Source: Thraustochytrium aureum
Taxonomy: Eukaryota
DNA: 20,000 bases
Direction of reading: 5' to 3'
Assembly (NCBI GenBank): GCA_012862495.1
Contig: BLSG01000310.1
Coordinates: forward strand, 208,469 to 228,468
Every line of letters begins with the position of its first letter. The stretch's first letter is position 1. A program made the position numbers and the translations under genes. The notes under the pieces were generated by a model. It made no database searches. It saw only the letters and a program-made list of their open reading frames with translations, and was not told the DNA's origin. Positions 8,248-17,727 of the stretch are shown here, in pieces.

Positions 8248-11200
8248 CTAAAGCAGCCCTGCTGCGCCGGCGTGCGGCTTGCCAAAGCCCGAATCGCTCT
8301 CGCACACTTCCAACCTGTAGGAGACCTCAGAGTTCTGGTCCGGTCGAGCAGCACAGAAACGCCCGAGCGTTAGCACGTCGCCACACACCATTGTGACGCG
8401 GCACATGGAGCTTGCCCTGATCTTCCAGTTGACCAGGGTCCCATTCGTGCTCTCCAAGTCGACTACCTGGACGCTGCCCTTTGCGCGGTCAACGTGAACG
8501 ACGCAGTGCCGTTTCGAGACCATTTTTGGGTGCAAAGCAGAGTCGAGCCGCACATCCACCTTGGGGCCGCGCCCAACGACAAGTGGCGTGCGATCGAGGT
8601 GAATCACGGCAGGCAGGCTCTCGCAGGACCCTGACCCAGGCTCTGCTTCTGCTTGGAGCCTCAGCCGCATCCGGGTCCGGTTGGTGCCGAGCGAGATTTT
8701 TGTTGGCTCGAACGAGTTGGCCGAGTCGCCTTGCTCGGCAGGGGGCTCGCCTTTCGGATCTCGTCGAGCCACCGCTCCCTTGCCTGCTCCAAAGCGGCGT
8801 GCTTAATCGCTCGCGCGTCGAGCTTGGCGATGTTCGCCAGGACTTGGTGTTCGAGATCGTCTGTCTGAGTTGCGATGCACTTTGCCTGAATTGGTCGCGG
8901 TTCTGGTGAGTGTCGTTCGCGGGTCGACGCGTGGGCGAACGCCTGCGCCTCTGTCAAATGCCCTGGCTTCGCTCGCTCCGAGGCGGGCGCGGCGTTGAGG
9001 ACGGGCGGAGGGGGCTCGTCCAAAGCCGCGAGCTGGTGCATGCTTGGCAGCTCGGCTTGGTTGCTCGGGCCCTTCTGACAGTCATGCTCATTTTGCGTCG
9101 AGTCTTCGCACAGCTGTTCGCTCTGTGGCTCGCCCAAAGCAACGCCGGAGACGAACTTCGCATCCAACGCAACACTACTAGTAGACCCGTTTTGCTCCTG
9201 CCCGAGGTCCTGTGCGACGCTTTGCGGCTTCCGACAATCTGGTGAGTTGCACGATGCGCTTGCTTCGATTTTGCTGGGCCCGGGAGCGTCGCGCTCGGCG
9301 GCCAAGAGCAGTTGGCGTCGTTTGTTGCGCAACTCCTTGCGGCGAACTGCCACGCGCAGGGCCTGCGCCTCGTGCATTTTGTCAATGCGGCGACGGAGGC
9401 CGTCTCGCAAGTCGCGTTCTTGCTTGGCCAGAGTCTCGAGGTGGCGCTCGCGCTGCCGCCTGCGAGTAAGCTCCACCAGCAACAGAGCTTTTTGCTCGAC
9501 GCGCCTTTGGTCCAGGTCCCCAGACCTCGTCGACCAGCTTGCGGACGCGCTGCTCTCGCTGTTTTCTCCGCTGCATCTGCTGGCGCTCGGCGGCGCGGCG
9601 TCTCTTGAGTGCGGTGTACAAGTTGGGGTCAGGATTGCTCGATTCGGGCTCGAGCGGCAACTCGCGCAAGCGCGCATCCTCGACCTCAAAGTCCGTGACC
9701 CCGCCGACGCTAGAGTAAAAGCGGCGGTGAAGGGGCTTGACCTTGCGGCGCCCATAATAGTCAAAGTGGTCGGAGCGAAAGGCGCCCAAGGCGTGGTTTG
9801 CCATGTGATGTCCGCACGCGCAGACATAGTTTGATGTCGGCCCAGTCTTATAGACACGGCAATCCTCGCACTTGAGGCAAAATCCGTACATTTCCGGCTG
9901 GCCGAGGGCGTGACCTCGGTTCCTCGGGACCAGTCCGCGGATGGTGATGCAGCTCTCGAGCTGGCCAATCCGCGCCAAGTACTTGGCGCGAAACATCTCT
10001 GCCTGGACCCGGCCCATGTGTCCGCGGAACACCCTCTGAATTTCGCGCGCCGACCGGCCGCGCGTGTCCTGGGATGCCTTGGCCGCGACCTTTCGCGCAG
10101 CGGGACGGAGAGCGCGAACAAGCTTCGAGGCCGCCGCAGAGTCGCGCTTGGCGCACAGCACGAGAAGCGTGCTAGAGAGAGCATCCAACGCTCGTCTCAA
10201 GCCATCTCGCTCGCTCGGCGCCTTCGAAGAGAATACTCGCTGGCGTTGCCTCCAAGCCAACCGAGTAAGCAGCCCCCTCGCATGCCGCTGTAGCGTGACG
10301 GCTGCCGCCCGCTCGTCCCGAAGGCGATGCGCTTCGCGACGCGCTAGCTTTATCCGCACATGCTTGACCATTACGAGCGCGGCGTGGTAGGCGGCCCGCT
10401 CCCAGGCGGCGTCAGCAGCTCGAGCTGCATACCNNNNNNNNNNNNNNNNNNNNNNNNNNNNNNNNNNNNNNNNNNNNNNNNNNNNNNNNNNNNNNNNNNN
10501 NNNNNNNNNNNNNNNNNNNNNNNNNNNNNNNNNNNNNNNNNNNNNNNNNNNNNNNNNNNNNNNNNNNNNNNNNNNNNNNNNNNNNNNNNNNNNNNNNNNN
10601 NNNNNNNNNNNNNNNNNNNNNNNNNNNNNNNNNNNNNNNNNNNNNNNNNNNNNNNNNNNNNNNGTCCAGAGCGCGAGACGCTGCGTCCCGAAGCCTTTGC
10701 CTGGCGATGTACGAGCGCACAACGCGTTGGATTTGGCGCGCTGCTTGCTCGCGGCGCGCTCCTGCGAAGACGATGGCAGATACGCGCGCCACACCGCTTT
10801 GCTTTGCAGCTGAAACGCGGCGCGCAAGGCCCCGCGCAAGAGCTGTGGGGCGATGAACAAATTGCCGAGGCCTTGGGCGTCCGAACACGCTTGCTTTGCT
10901 CCGCGCTTTGGTCGTGTCGGCATTGGTAGCTTGGTTGTCAGCATCATCGGCGTCAGATCCCGAATCTGTGCTGGCCTCCGCGTCGCTGCCAGAGAAGCTG
11001 GACGAAGACGGTGACTCGCCCCCGGAGGCTGAATGCGCGCCTCTGCGGGAGGTCCTGAACGTGGCATTGGCTTGCATGCGCTCAGCGAGCTCGGGGCCCA
11101 AGCGGCCGAGCTTGCGTCTGCTGTTTTGCACTTTTCGCGCGGCAGCGAGCAGGGGCTCGATTTTTGCCCTGCTCTTTGGGTTGATCACCTCCCAAGCGGT

Positions 11201-11785
11201 ATGGCCCTTGCGCGTGCTTTTTATGTCCACAAGTGCCGGCGTGTGGCCAAGCTTCGTGTCGAGCAGCGCCATGCACGCCTTCGCGTTGCCGTACTGCGCT
11301 GCGGTCATGAGCGGGGTCATTCCGAGCTTGTTCTCAAAGTTGGCGTCGGCGCCTCGTAGCAAAAGGCCAAGCACCACGCGTTGTAGGCCTAGTTTGCAAG
11401 CCAAGTGGAGTGGCGTCTGCCCGTACGGGTCCTCGAAGTTGACGAGGTCTGAGGTTTGGCTGGAGCTGCGCCGCCCTCGCGGCAGCTTAACCCCGTTGCG
11501 CTGGCACACGACTGCCTCGTCCGCCTCAATGACGTCTAGAGCCATTTCCAAATCCCCTTTTTGCATCGCCTGGAGCATCCTCGCCACAAGCGTTGCAGGG
11601 GCCTCACCGTCCCCGCCGCTGGTGGCGCCATCTTCGCCGTCGCTGTCGTCCGATGAAGAGGAGGGCGACTCCGAGTCCTCGGAAGCGTCGTCTTCTTCAT
11701 TGGAGCGCCTTCGATCGGCACTTGCTGCAGCCACCAGCCGCGTGCCGCGCATGCCGGCGGCCCGCCAAAGGCGATGGATGGGCAT
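8248..11785 (-). CDS. Ankyrin-repeat / IQ-motif / Cys-His / coiled-coil / FHA multidomain protein (two frameshifts; gap 10434-10663; start uncertain)
   Basis: Ankyrin: GQTPLHLACKLG..GADAN and GMTPLMTAAQYGN. IQ: IQRVVRSYIAR, LQRHARGLLTR, IQRVFRGHMGR. FHA: LVVGRG..VSKRHC..DLESTNGTLVN. ORFs 10412-11830, 9382-11067, 8661-10184 and 8248-8772 join through the gap and 1-bp indels at 9518-9521 and 8741-8754. The domains are solid; the single-gene model is inferred. Confidence 0.75.
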
Positions 11786-11787
11786 TG

Positions 11788-12044
11788 CTGGAACAGAATG
11801 CAACGGCAAAACCGGAAACATATCCCCCAATCAGATTTAGAGGGCCGCAAAGAAGAGACAACAACGGAGGAGTTGCGAAGAAGATTGACAATCTCACTGT
11901 TGTTGATTGAGCTCGGAAGCCGGAAGAGCCATCATCCTTCTTGCCGGAACTGACGAACTGAGAACGGCACAGCCTCGCAGCTTCGAGTTCCTCGCAGGAT
12001 GTGGCGAGTCGCGCAGCAATCGCCGCCACCAAGTCGCTACTTAC
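11788..12044 (-). other. Putative 5'-UTR intron of the ankyrin/IQ/FHA gene
   Basis: AG|GTAAGT donor at 12044. Acceptor TTTTGCCGTTGCATTCTGTTCCAG ends at 11788, two bases before the ATG at 11785. Confidence 0.45.
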
Positions 12045-12150
12045 CTTACCCTCTGCTACAAGTCGTTGGGGTCTGGCACAGGGTGCCGTATGTACAGTTT
12101 ATTCTGCTTGCTTTGTTCAGACATCCAAGTGGTCAAAAGAAATTGGATCC

Positions 12151-12222
12151 GGGGGATTAGCTCAGCGGTAGAGTGGTGGATTCCAGATCCATAGGTCATG
12201 GGTTCAATTCCCATATCCCTCA
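12151..12222 (+). tRNA. trnW-CCA: tRNA-Trp(CCA), intronless
   Basis: Folded by hand: acceptor GGGGGAT/ATCCCTC, D stem GCTC/GAGT, anticodon stem GTGGA/TCCAT with loop TT-CCA-GA, variable loop AGGTC, T stem ATGGG/CCCAT with loop TTCAATT, discriminator A. No encoded CCA end. Confidence 0.96.
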
Positions 12223-12223
12223 C

Positions 12224-12229
12224 TTTTTT
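12224..12229 (+). terminator. RNA polymerase III terminator (T6)
   Basis: TTTTTT begins two bases after the tRNA discriminator. Confidence 0.85.
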
Positions 12230-12470
12230 GGCGAAGTTTTCTTCTTGTTCTTCCGCGGTTCCTTTGTTCGATTTGCAACCCTCACATTGTGTGAGACGCG
12301 GGTCCGAGTCGTGACGCGTTCTCGCCACTGCTTGTCCACTGCTCCACGCACCACCAGAACGAGCCTCGTTCTTGTGACCCCGCTGAGGCCGTGGTCCCAT
12401 TCGCCTGCAACATTCACAGCTCAAGGCCGAAGAACAGTTTTATTACATTGCGCTCCGATTGTTGCGCTCT

Positions 12471-13937
12471 TTAGAGTTCATCGTGCTGGCTGTGAGCGTC
12501 GGCCGCAGCGGCCGCAGCCTCTCGCAAACACGTGGCGGCGTGCGCATCGTCCACGTCCTCGAACTCGCCATCCTTGGTACGAAGATAAAGTGACGCCGCC
12601 TCGTGCATGGACGGCGCGGTGATGTCGAAGCCGACAAACAGGCCGCAGTGCGCCTCCAAGACCATCACCGTCGTCTGGTATTCCGCCCAGAGGCGATGTT
12701 GCCTGCCAAGTGCCGCAATGGCAGCTTCAAACTCGGCGCGAGTCTCGCCGCGTCGGGCCAGGCCGGAGACGAGGCGGTTCAGAACCTCCAGCTCGCCAAA
12801 GGCCTTGTGCATTCCAACCCCCATTCGGTAATACGAGTTCAGGGCGGCATCGCCGAGGAAAACCACTGGAGCCGGGCCGCACGCCCCTGCGGCTACGTAG
12901 GGCGAGTCAAGGACCGAGATCTCGATCGGGAACAGGTCCTCTTCAATGACGCGCCCGCTGTAGTTGCGCAGGATCCTGCGCACCCTGGCGTCTGCCTCTG
13001 CTGGGCCCAGCGAATCGCGGAACAGCGCTTGCACCTCGCATACATTAGCGAACTTCCGCTGAAAGAAGGCAGTCACGTCCTCGAGCCCTGGGATCGAAGA
13101 CGCAAAGAAGGGGTCGCCTTGCGGGAACTCGAGGCTGTCGCAAGACGTCAGGGTGGCGAGCCAGCTCATTTGGCTTGGCGGCACGGCGCCAGTCGGCCAC
13201 TCAGCGACGTGCAAGCGCGTGTCTGGCGGCCAGGCCAGCGCTCCAGCTGCCCCTCGCCCGAGCTGGCACCGCTCGTGCGCGTTGGCGCCAGCCCCTGTAG
13301 CCACTATTACAAGGTCTGCCGCGCCGCCGCCGTTTTCCACGGCCGCCGTGGCGAGCGACTGGACCGGTTGCTGCTGCCCCCAGAGTATGTCGACCCCCAT
13401 GCTTACCGCAACGAGGGCCAGAAAACGCTCCAAGCTCTGGCACCGCATGGTACGAACGCGCTCTGCGAGCTCTCCGCCGTGCCCTTCCCAATCGAGTCCC
13501 TGCTTGCCGAGCTGGTGAAACCCGAGCTGCTCGAGCCGGGCCATTGCGGGCGACCAGGGCTGGGCGTAATAGTCAAACCAGATGGTGCGCGTGTAGTTGA
13601 GCCGCTTCTCGAGCACGGATACGCGGTGTCCACTCTCTCGCACCGCGATCGCGGCAAGCAGGCCCACAGGGCCGCCGCCGGCGATGACCACGTTCAGTTG
13701 GTCCTCGCGTGGCAGCTCCGGGATGGGCAAGCCTTGTGCGACGGCATCCCGTGCATCGCTCAGTAGCGACGCATCGGCGTTCCGCGGGTGCGAGCGCAGC
13801 AGCTCGAACCCCTTGTGATTCTCTAGAAACGCCGTCCAGTCGACAGCTCGTGCGTTCGCAAGGACGACCAGAGCGCACTCGATCACCAAAACGCACCACA
13901 CGAGCGACCGGCCTCGTCCATCCCGTCTCCGCACCAT
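12471..13937 (-). CDS. FAD-dependent monooxygenase/oxidoreductase with signal peptide and C-terminal HDEL, 488 aa
   Basis: ATG at 13937. Basic then hydrophobic N-terminus (MVRRRDGRGRSLVWCVLVIECALVVLANARA). Rossmann motif VVIAGGGPVGL...VLEKR, DLVIVATG, GD motif VFLGDAA..MGVG. Ends CAC GAT GAA CTC TAA (HDEL*). Confidence 0.88.
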   Translation of the reverse strand: MVRRRDGRGRSLVWCVLVIECALVVLANARAVDWTAFLENHKGFELLRSHPRNADASLLSDARDAVAQGLPIPELPREDQLNVVIAGGGPVGLLAAIAVRESGHRVSVLEKRLNYTRTIWFDYYAQPWSPAMARLEQLGFHQLGKQGLDWEGHGGELAERVRTMRCQSLERFLALVAVSMGVDILWGQQQPVQSLATAAVENGGGAADLVIVATGAGANAHERCQLGRGAAGALAWPPDTRLHVAEWPTGAVPPSQMSWLATLTSCDSLEFPQGDPFFASSIPGLEDVTAFFQRKFANVCEVQALFRDSLGPAEADARVRRILRNYSGRVIEEDLFPIEISVLDSPYVAAGACGPAPVVFLGDAALNSYYRMGVGMHKAFGELEVLNRLVSGLARRGETRAEFEAAIAALGRQHRLWAEYQTTVMVLEAHCGLFVGFDITAPSMHEAASLYLRTKDGEFEDVDDAHAATCLREAAAAAADAHSQHDEL

Positions 13938-13971
13938 CTCGACCACGAACCGATGCGCTTGGCCTCGCCGC

Positions 13972-14690
13972 CTATCAAACGCGCCAGAACTCCAAAGCGA
14001 AGTTGAGGCTATCGAATGCGCCAGACCTTGCCGCGTAGTCNNNNNNNNNNNNNNNNNNNNNNNNNNNNNNNNNNNNNNNNNNNNNNNNNNNNNNNNNNNN
14101 NNNNNNNNNNNNNNNNNNNNNNNNNNNNNNNNNNNNNNNNNNNNNNNNNNNNNNNNNNNNNNNNNNNNNNNNNNNNNNNNNNNNNNNNNNNNNNNNNNNN
14201 NNNNNNNNNNNNNNNNNNNNNNNNNNNNNNNNNNNNNNNNNNNNNNNNNNNNNNNNNNNNNNNNNNNNNNNNNNNNNNNNNNNNNNNNNNNNNNNNNNNN
14301 NNNNNNNNNNNNNNNNNNNNNNNNNNNNNNNNNNNNNNNNNNNNNNNNNNNNNNNNNNNNNNNNNNNNNNNNNNNNNNNNNNNNNNNNNNNNNNNNNNNN
14401 NNNNNNNNNNNNNNNNNNNNNNNNNNNNNNNNNNNNNNNNNNNNNNNNNNNNNNNNNNNNNNNNNNNNNNNNNNNNNNNNNNNNNNTGCGCAAAACCTCG
14501 CTGCGTAGTCGAGCCCGACGAGCGCGTCAGACCTCGCGGCTGCCCAAACAAACCCAAAACAACGGCAGCAGCCCTCGCCACGCAAACCAAGTCAACGAAC
14601 GAACGCGGCAGACCTCGCAGGCCACACCACCAGCCCAACGAACGCGGCAGACCTCGCCACAGTCCACCCCGTTGACCGCGCCAGACTCGC
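13972..14690. repeat. Degenerate minisatellite, period 33-41 bp, core (C/T)GCGnCAGACCTCGC, spanning gap 14041-14486
   Basis: Exact 21-mer AACGAACGCGGCAGACCTCGC at 14598 and 14637. Degenerate copies near 13980, 14017, 14487, 14523, 14564 and 14677. Confidence 0.75.
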
Positions 14691-14743
14691 AGCCGCCGGC
14701 CCGCAGGCGCTCCCGTTGAGGCTCTGTCCGTGCAAGCAGCCGT

Positions 14744-14771
14744 GCAGGCAGGCAGGCAGGCAGGCAGGCAG
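14744..14771. repeat. (GCAG)7 microsatellite
   Basis: Seven perfect units, read directly. Confidence 0.95.
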
Positions 14772-14962
14772 GAGGGCAGAGCCCGATTGCGAGCAGTCGC
14801 AGAGGGCCTGGCAGCGCGGTCCTGGCGGTCCTGGGAAAAGTGCGGCGCGCGGCCACGCAGCGTGGTGGATGGGCTACGCGGCGTGCTGCGGGGCCGTGCT
14901 GTGCTGCGGGTGCCTGCCGAGCGCGGAGCTGGCGAGCAGGGGATGGCGCCCGGTATCGAGGG

Positions 14963-17727
14963 ATGGCGGACTCGTCGCCGAGGAACGGCAGCACGGCCGG
15001 CGCGGAGGACGGGGAGAGGTGGAGGGAGAAGTGGAACGGGTTTCTCAAGACGATGCGCGTCGCGCAGCGACGGGACGTGGACGTGGACTCGACGCACTAT
15101 GTGTTTTCGCTGCTGCTGAGGCTGTATGCGCACAAACCTGTGCTGCACGAGCTCGATGCTTTGTACACGTACAGGCCGGAACGGTTCATCCGGTTTGTGC
15201 CCCAGTTTGCCGCGTTTGCGCTGCACGGCGCGTCGGGGGAGACCGCGATGGCGCTCGAAGCCTTTTTGCACGACAAAAGCGAGCACTCCCTCCGCTTTGC
15301 TCAGCGGCTGTGGTGGTTTGTGCGCGCATTCTCCCCGAGTGACCTGGACGCCCGCCTGGCTCGGCACGCCGAGCTCCGCGCTGCCGCCGCATGCAAGGCC
15401 CTGCGCGCCCAGTTTGCGGGGGACATGGCCGCCGTCCGCCTCCCAAGCCACGGCGGCGAGGGGCACCGCGAGGCCCAGCCAACGCTGCCAGTAAAGCCGT
15501 TGCCGCGACTTGCGGGCGGGCCACCGCATGTGCTCGGCACGAGCGACTTTCGCTGGTCCGTGTCGTTTTTCGACGAGCTGACCCACATGGGCGCCACGCT
15601 CAAGGACGCCCCAGAAGAAGACCGCAACAAGCTGCTCCGCGCCTCGCTCGACGCTCTGGTGGCAGAGTACCTGCCGTCACAGGTGATGTTCCTCCCGGTT
15701 GGCGGACGGGCCGCCCGCGTGTTGGGATCGTCGCACAGGAGTCGTTCTGCTTCAAGACAAACACGCGAGTTCCCTTCCTCGTCTGTTTCGAGGTGGTTGA
15801 CCAGGGTGGCGGGGCCTCTTACNNNNNNNNNNNNNNNNNNNNNNNNNNNNNNNNNNNNNNNNNNNNNNNNNNNNNNNNNNNNNNNNNNNNNNNNNNNNNN
15901 NNNNNNNNNNNNNNNNNNNNNNNNNNNNNNNNNNNNNNNNNNNNNNNNNNNNNNNNNNNNNNNNNNNNNNNNNNNNNNNNNNNNNNNNNNNNNNNNNNNN
16001 NNNNNNNNNNNNNNNNNNNNNNNNNNNNNNNNNNNNNNNNNNNNNNNNNNNNNNNNNNNNNNNNNNNNNNNNNNNNNNNNNNNNNNNNNNNNNNNNNNNN
16101 NNNNNNNNNNNNNNNNNNNNNNNNNNNNNNNNNNNNNNNNNNNNNNNNNNNNNNNNNNNNNNNNNNNNNNNNNNNNNNNNNNNNNNNNNNNNNNNNNNNN
16201 NNNNNNNNNNNNNNNNNNNNNNNNNNNNNNNNNNNNNNNNNNNNNNNNNNNNNNNNNNNNNNNNNNNNNNNNNNNNNNNNNNNNNNNNNNNNNNNNNNNN
16301 NNNNNNNNNNNNNNNNNNNNNNNNNNNNNNNNNNNNNNNNNNNNNNNNNNNNNNNNNNNNNNNNNNNNNNNNNNNNNNNNNNNNNNNNNNNNNNNNNNNN
16401 NNNNNNNNNNNNNNNNNNNNNNNNNNNNNNNNNNNNNNNNNNNNNNNNNNNNNNNNNNNNNNNNNNNNNNNNNNNNNNNNNNNNNNNNNNNNNNNNNNNN
16501 NNNNNNNNNNNNNNNNNNNNNNNNNNNNNNNNNNNNNNNNNNNNNNNNNNNNNNNNNNNNNNNNNNNNNNNNNNNNNNNNNNNNNNNNNNNNNNNNNNNN
16601 NNNNNNNNNNNNNNNNNNNNNNNNNNNNNNNNNNNNNNNNNNNNNNNNNNNNAAGCGCGTTAAGCGATGATGCCTTCGCGCTGGATTGCGCCGACCTTGG
16701 CCAGAGCGACGAGGAGGTAGAGGCCGACCCCGACGTTGGCGACATGAACGGAGGCGACAGCAGCAGCGTCAGCAGCGCCGCGGGCGAGGAGGAGGAGGAG
16801 GAAGAAGAAGAAGAGGCAGAAGCGGAGGCGCGCGAGAAGGGCCTCATATTTCGGGAGCGCTGGGCCGTCAAGGAGCAGCGTATCGCGCCGACGAGTCCGT
16901 TCGGCGACTCGCCCGGGTGGCGGCTGGTCCCCGTGATTGTAAAGAGTGGCGACGACCTGCGACAGGAGCAATTTGCCGCGCAGCTGCTGCAACTGTTTGC
17001 AACGACGTTCAAAGAAGACGGCGTTGCTGTGTGGATGAACGCTTACGATGTTCTTGCCGTGACGCCAGACGCAGGGCTGATCCAGGCCGTCCCTGACACG
17101 ATCTCGCTCGACTCGCTCAAGAAGAACGACCCGTTCTACGTCAATTTGCGTGACTTTTACATTCGCTACTTTGGCAAGCCAAAGTCGACGGCGTTTCTAC
17201 GCGCGCAGGCCAACTTTTGCGAGTCGCTGGCCGCGTACTGTATTGTATCGTACTTGCTGCAGATAAAGGACCGGCACAACGGGAACATACTGCTCACAGC
17301 GGACGGCCACATCTTGCACATTGACTGGGGCTTTTTGCTGAGTTCCGCGGGGCCGGGCAACATGAACTTTGAGCGCTACCCGTTCAAGCTGACGACAGAA
17401 TTTGTCCAGCTTCTTGGGGGGCCCGACTCGTCTGTGTTTCGACGCTTTCGGCTCTTGTGCTGCAGGGCCTTTCTCGCCGCCCGGCGCCGGCGCGAGCAGT
17501 TTGTGCTGCTGATTGAGATGATGCTCAGCGGGGAGAGCGCCGGGATGCCGTGCTTCCAGGCCGGCGGGGCGGAGACGATTCGCCAGCTGAACGAGCGATT
17601 TTGCGTGGGCAAGTCGCGCGCGCAGTGCATCGGCTTTGTGAACGACCTGATCGACACGTCCATTGGGCACTGGCGGTCAAAGTGGTATGATATTTATCAG
17701 CGGTTTGCGGTCGGGATCGCTGTGTAG
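14963..17727 (+). CDS. PI4KB: Phosphatidylinositol 4-kinase type III, beta/Pik1-like (frameshift near 15724-15726; gap 15823-16652)
   Basis: ATG at 14963 (MADSS). Helical PIK-like region FVPQFAAF..LEAFL..SLRFAQRLWW. After the frame change: ESFCFKTNTRVPFLVCFEV. Kinase motifs VIVKSGDDLRQEQ, SLAAYCIVSYLLQIKDRHNGNILL, HIDWGF, NFERYPFKLT, and C-terminal YDIYQ. TAG at 17725-17727. Confidence 0.93.

Noticed and set aside
5356..12222. Synthetase-tRNA pair (GlnRS plus the nearby tRNA)
   Set aside because: The tRNA is Trp(CCA), lies 4.6 kb away behind another gene, and has no evident link to GlnRS.
13938..14585. 216-codon N-terminal extension of the monooxygenase in the ORF track
   Set aside because: It consists of gap and repeat sequence. 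The ATG at 13937 directly precedes a signal peptide.
14487..14690. CRISPR-like repeat/spacer look
   Set aside because: Eukaryotic context, no cas genes, degenerate repeats, and short linkers partly similar to each other. Treated as a minisatellite.
1173..15726. Programmed ribosomal frameshifting as a shared system
   Set aside because: The directions are mixed, there is no common slippery heptamer or stop-adjacent motif, and every site is a short homopolymer in a gappy draft.
725..17670. Long antisense or overlapping ORFs (725-1303, 1309-2529, 5635-6570, 6619-7701, 10896-11840, 12603-13766, 14009-15586, 17197-17670)
   Set aside because: Shadow ORFs expected from high GC3 codon bias opposite real genes. 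No recognisable motifs.
1..17727. Actin/membrane-traffic gene cluster (myosin, IQ protein, MICAL-like enzyme, PI4K)
   Set aside because: The genes are interleaved with GlnRS and a tRNA, lie on mixed strands, and the MICAL-like protein is predicted to be lumenal. No synteny evidence is available, so chance adjacency is likelier.
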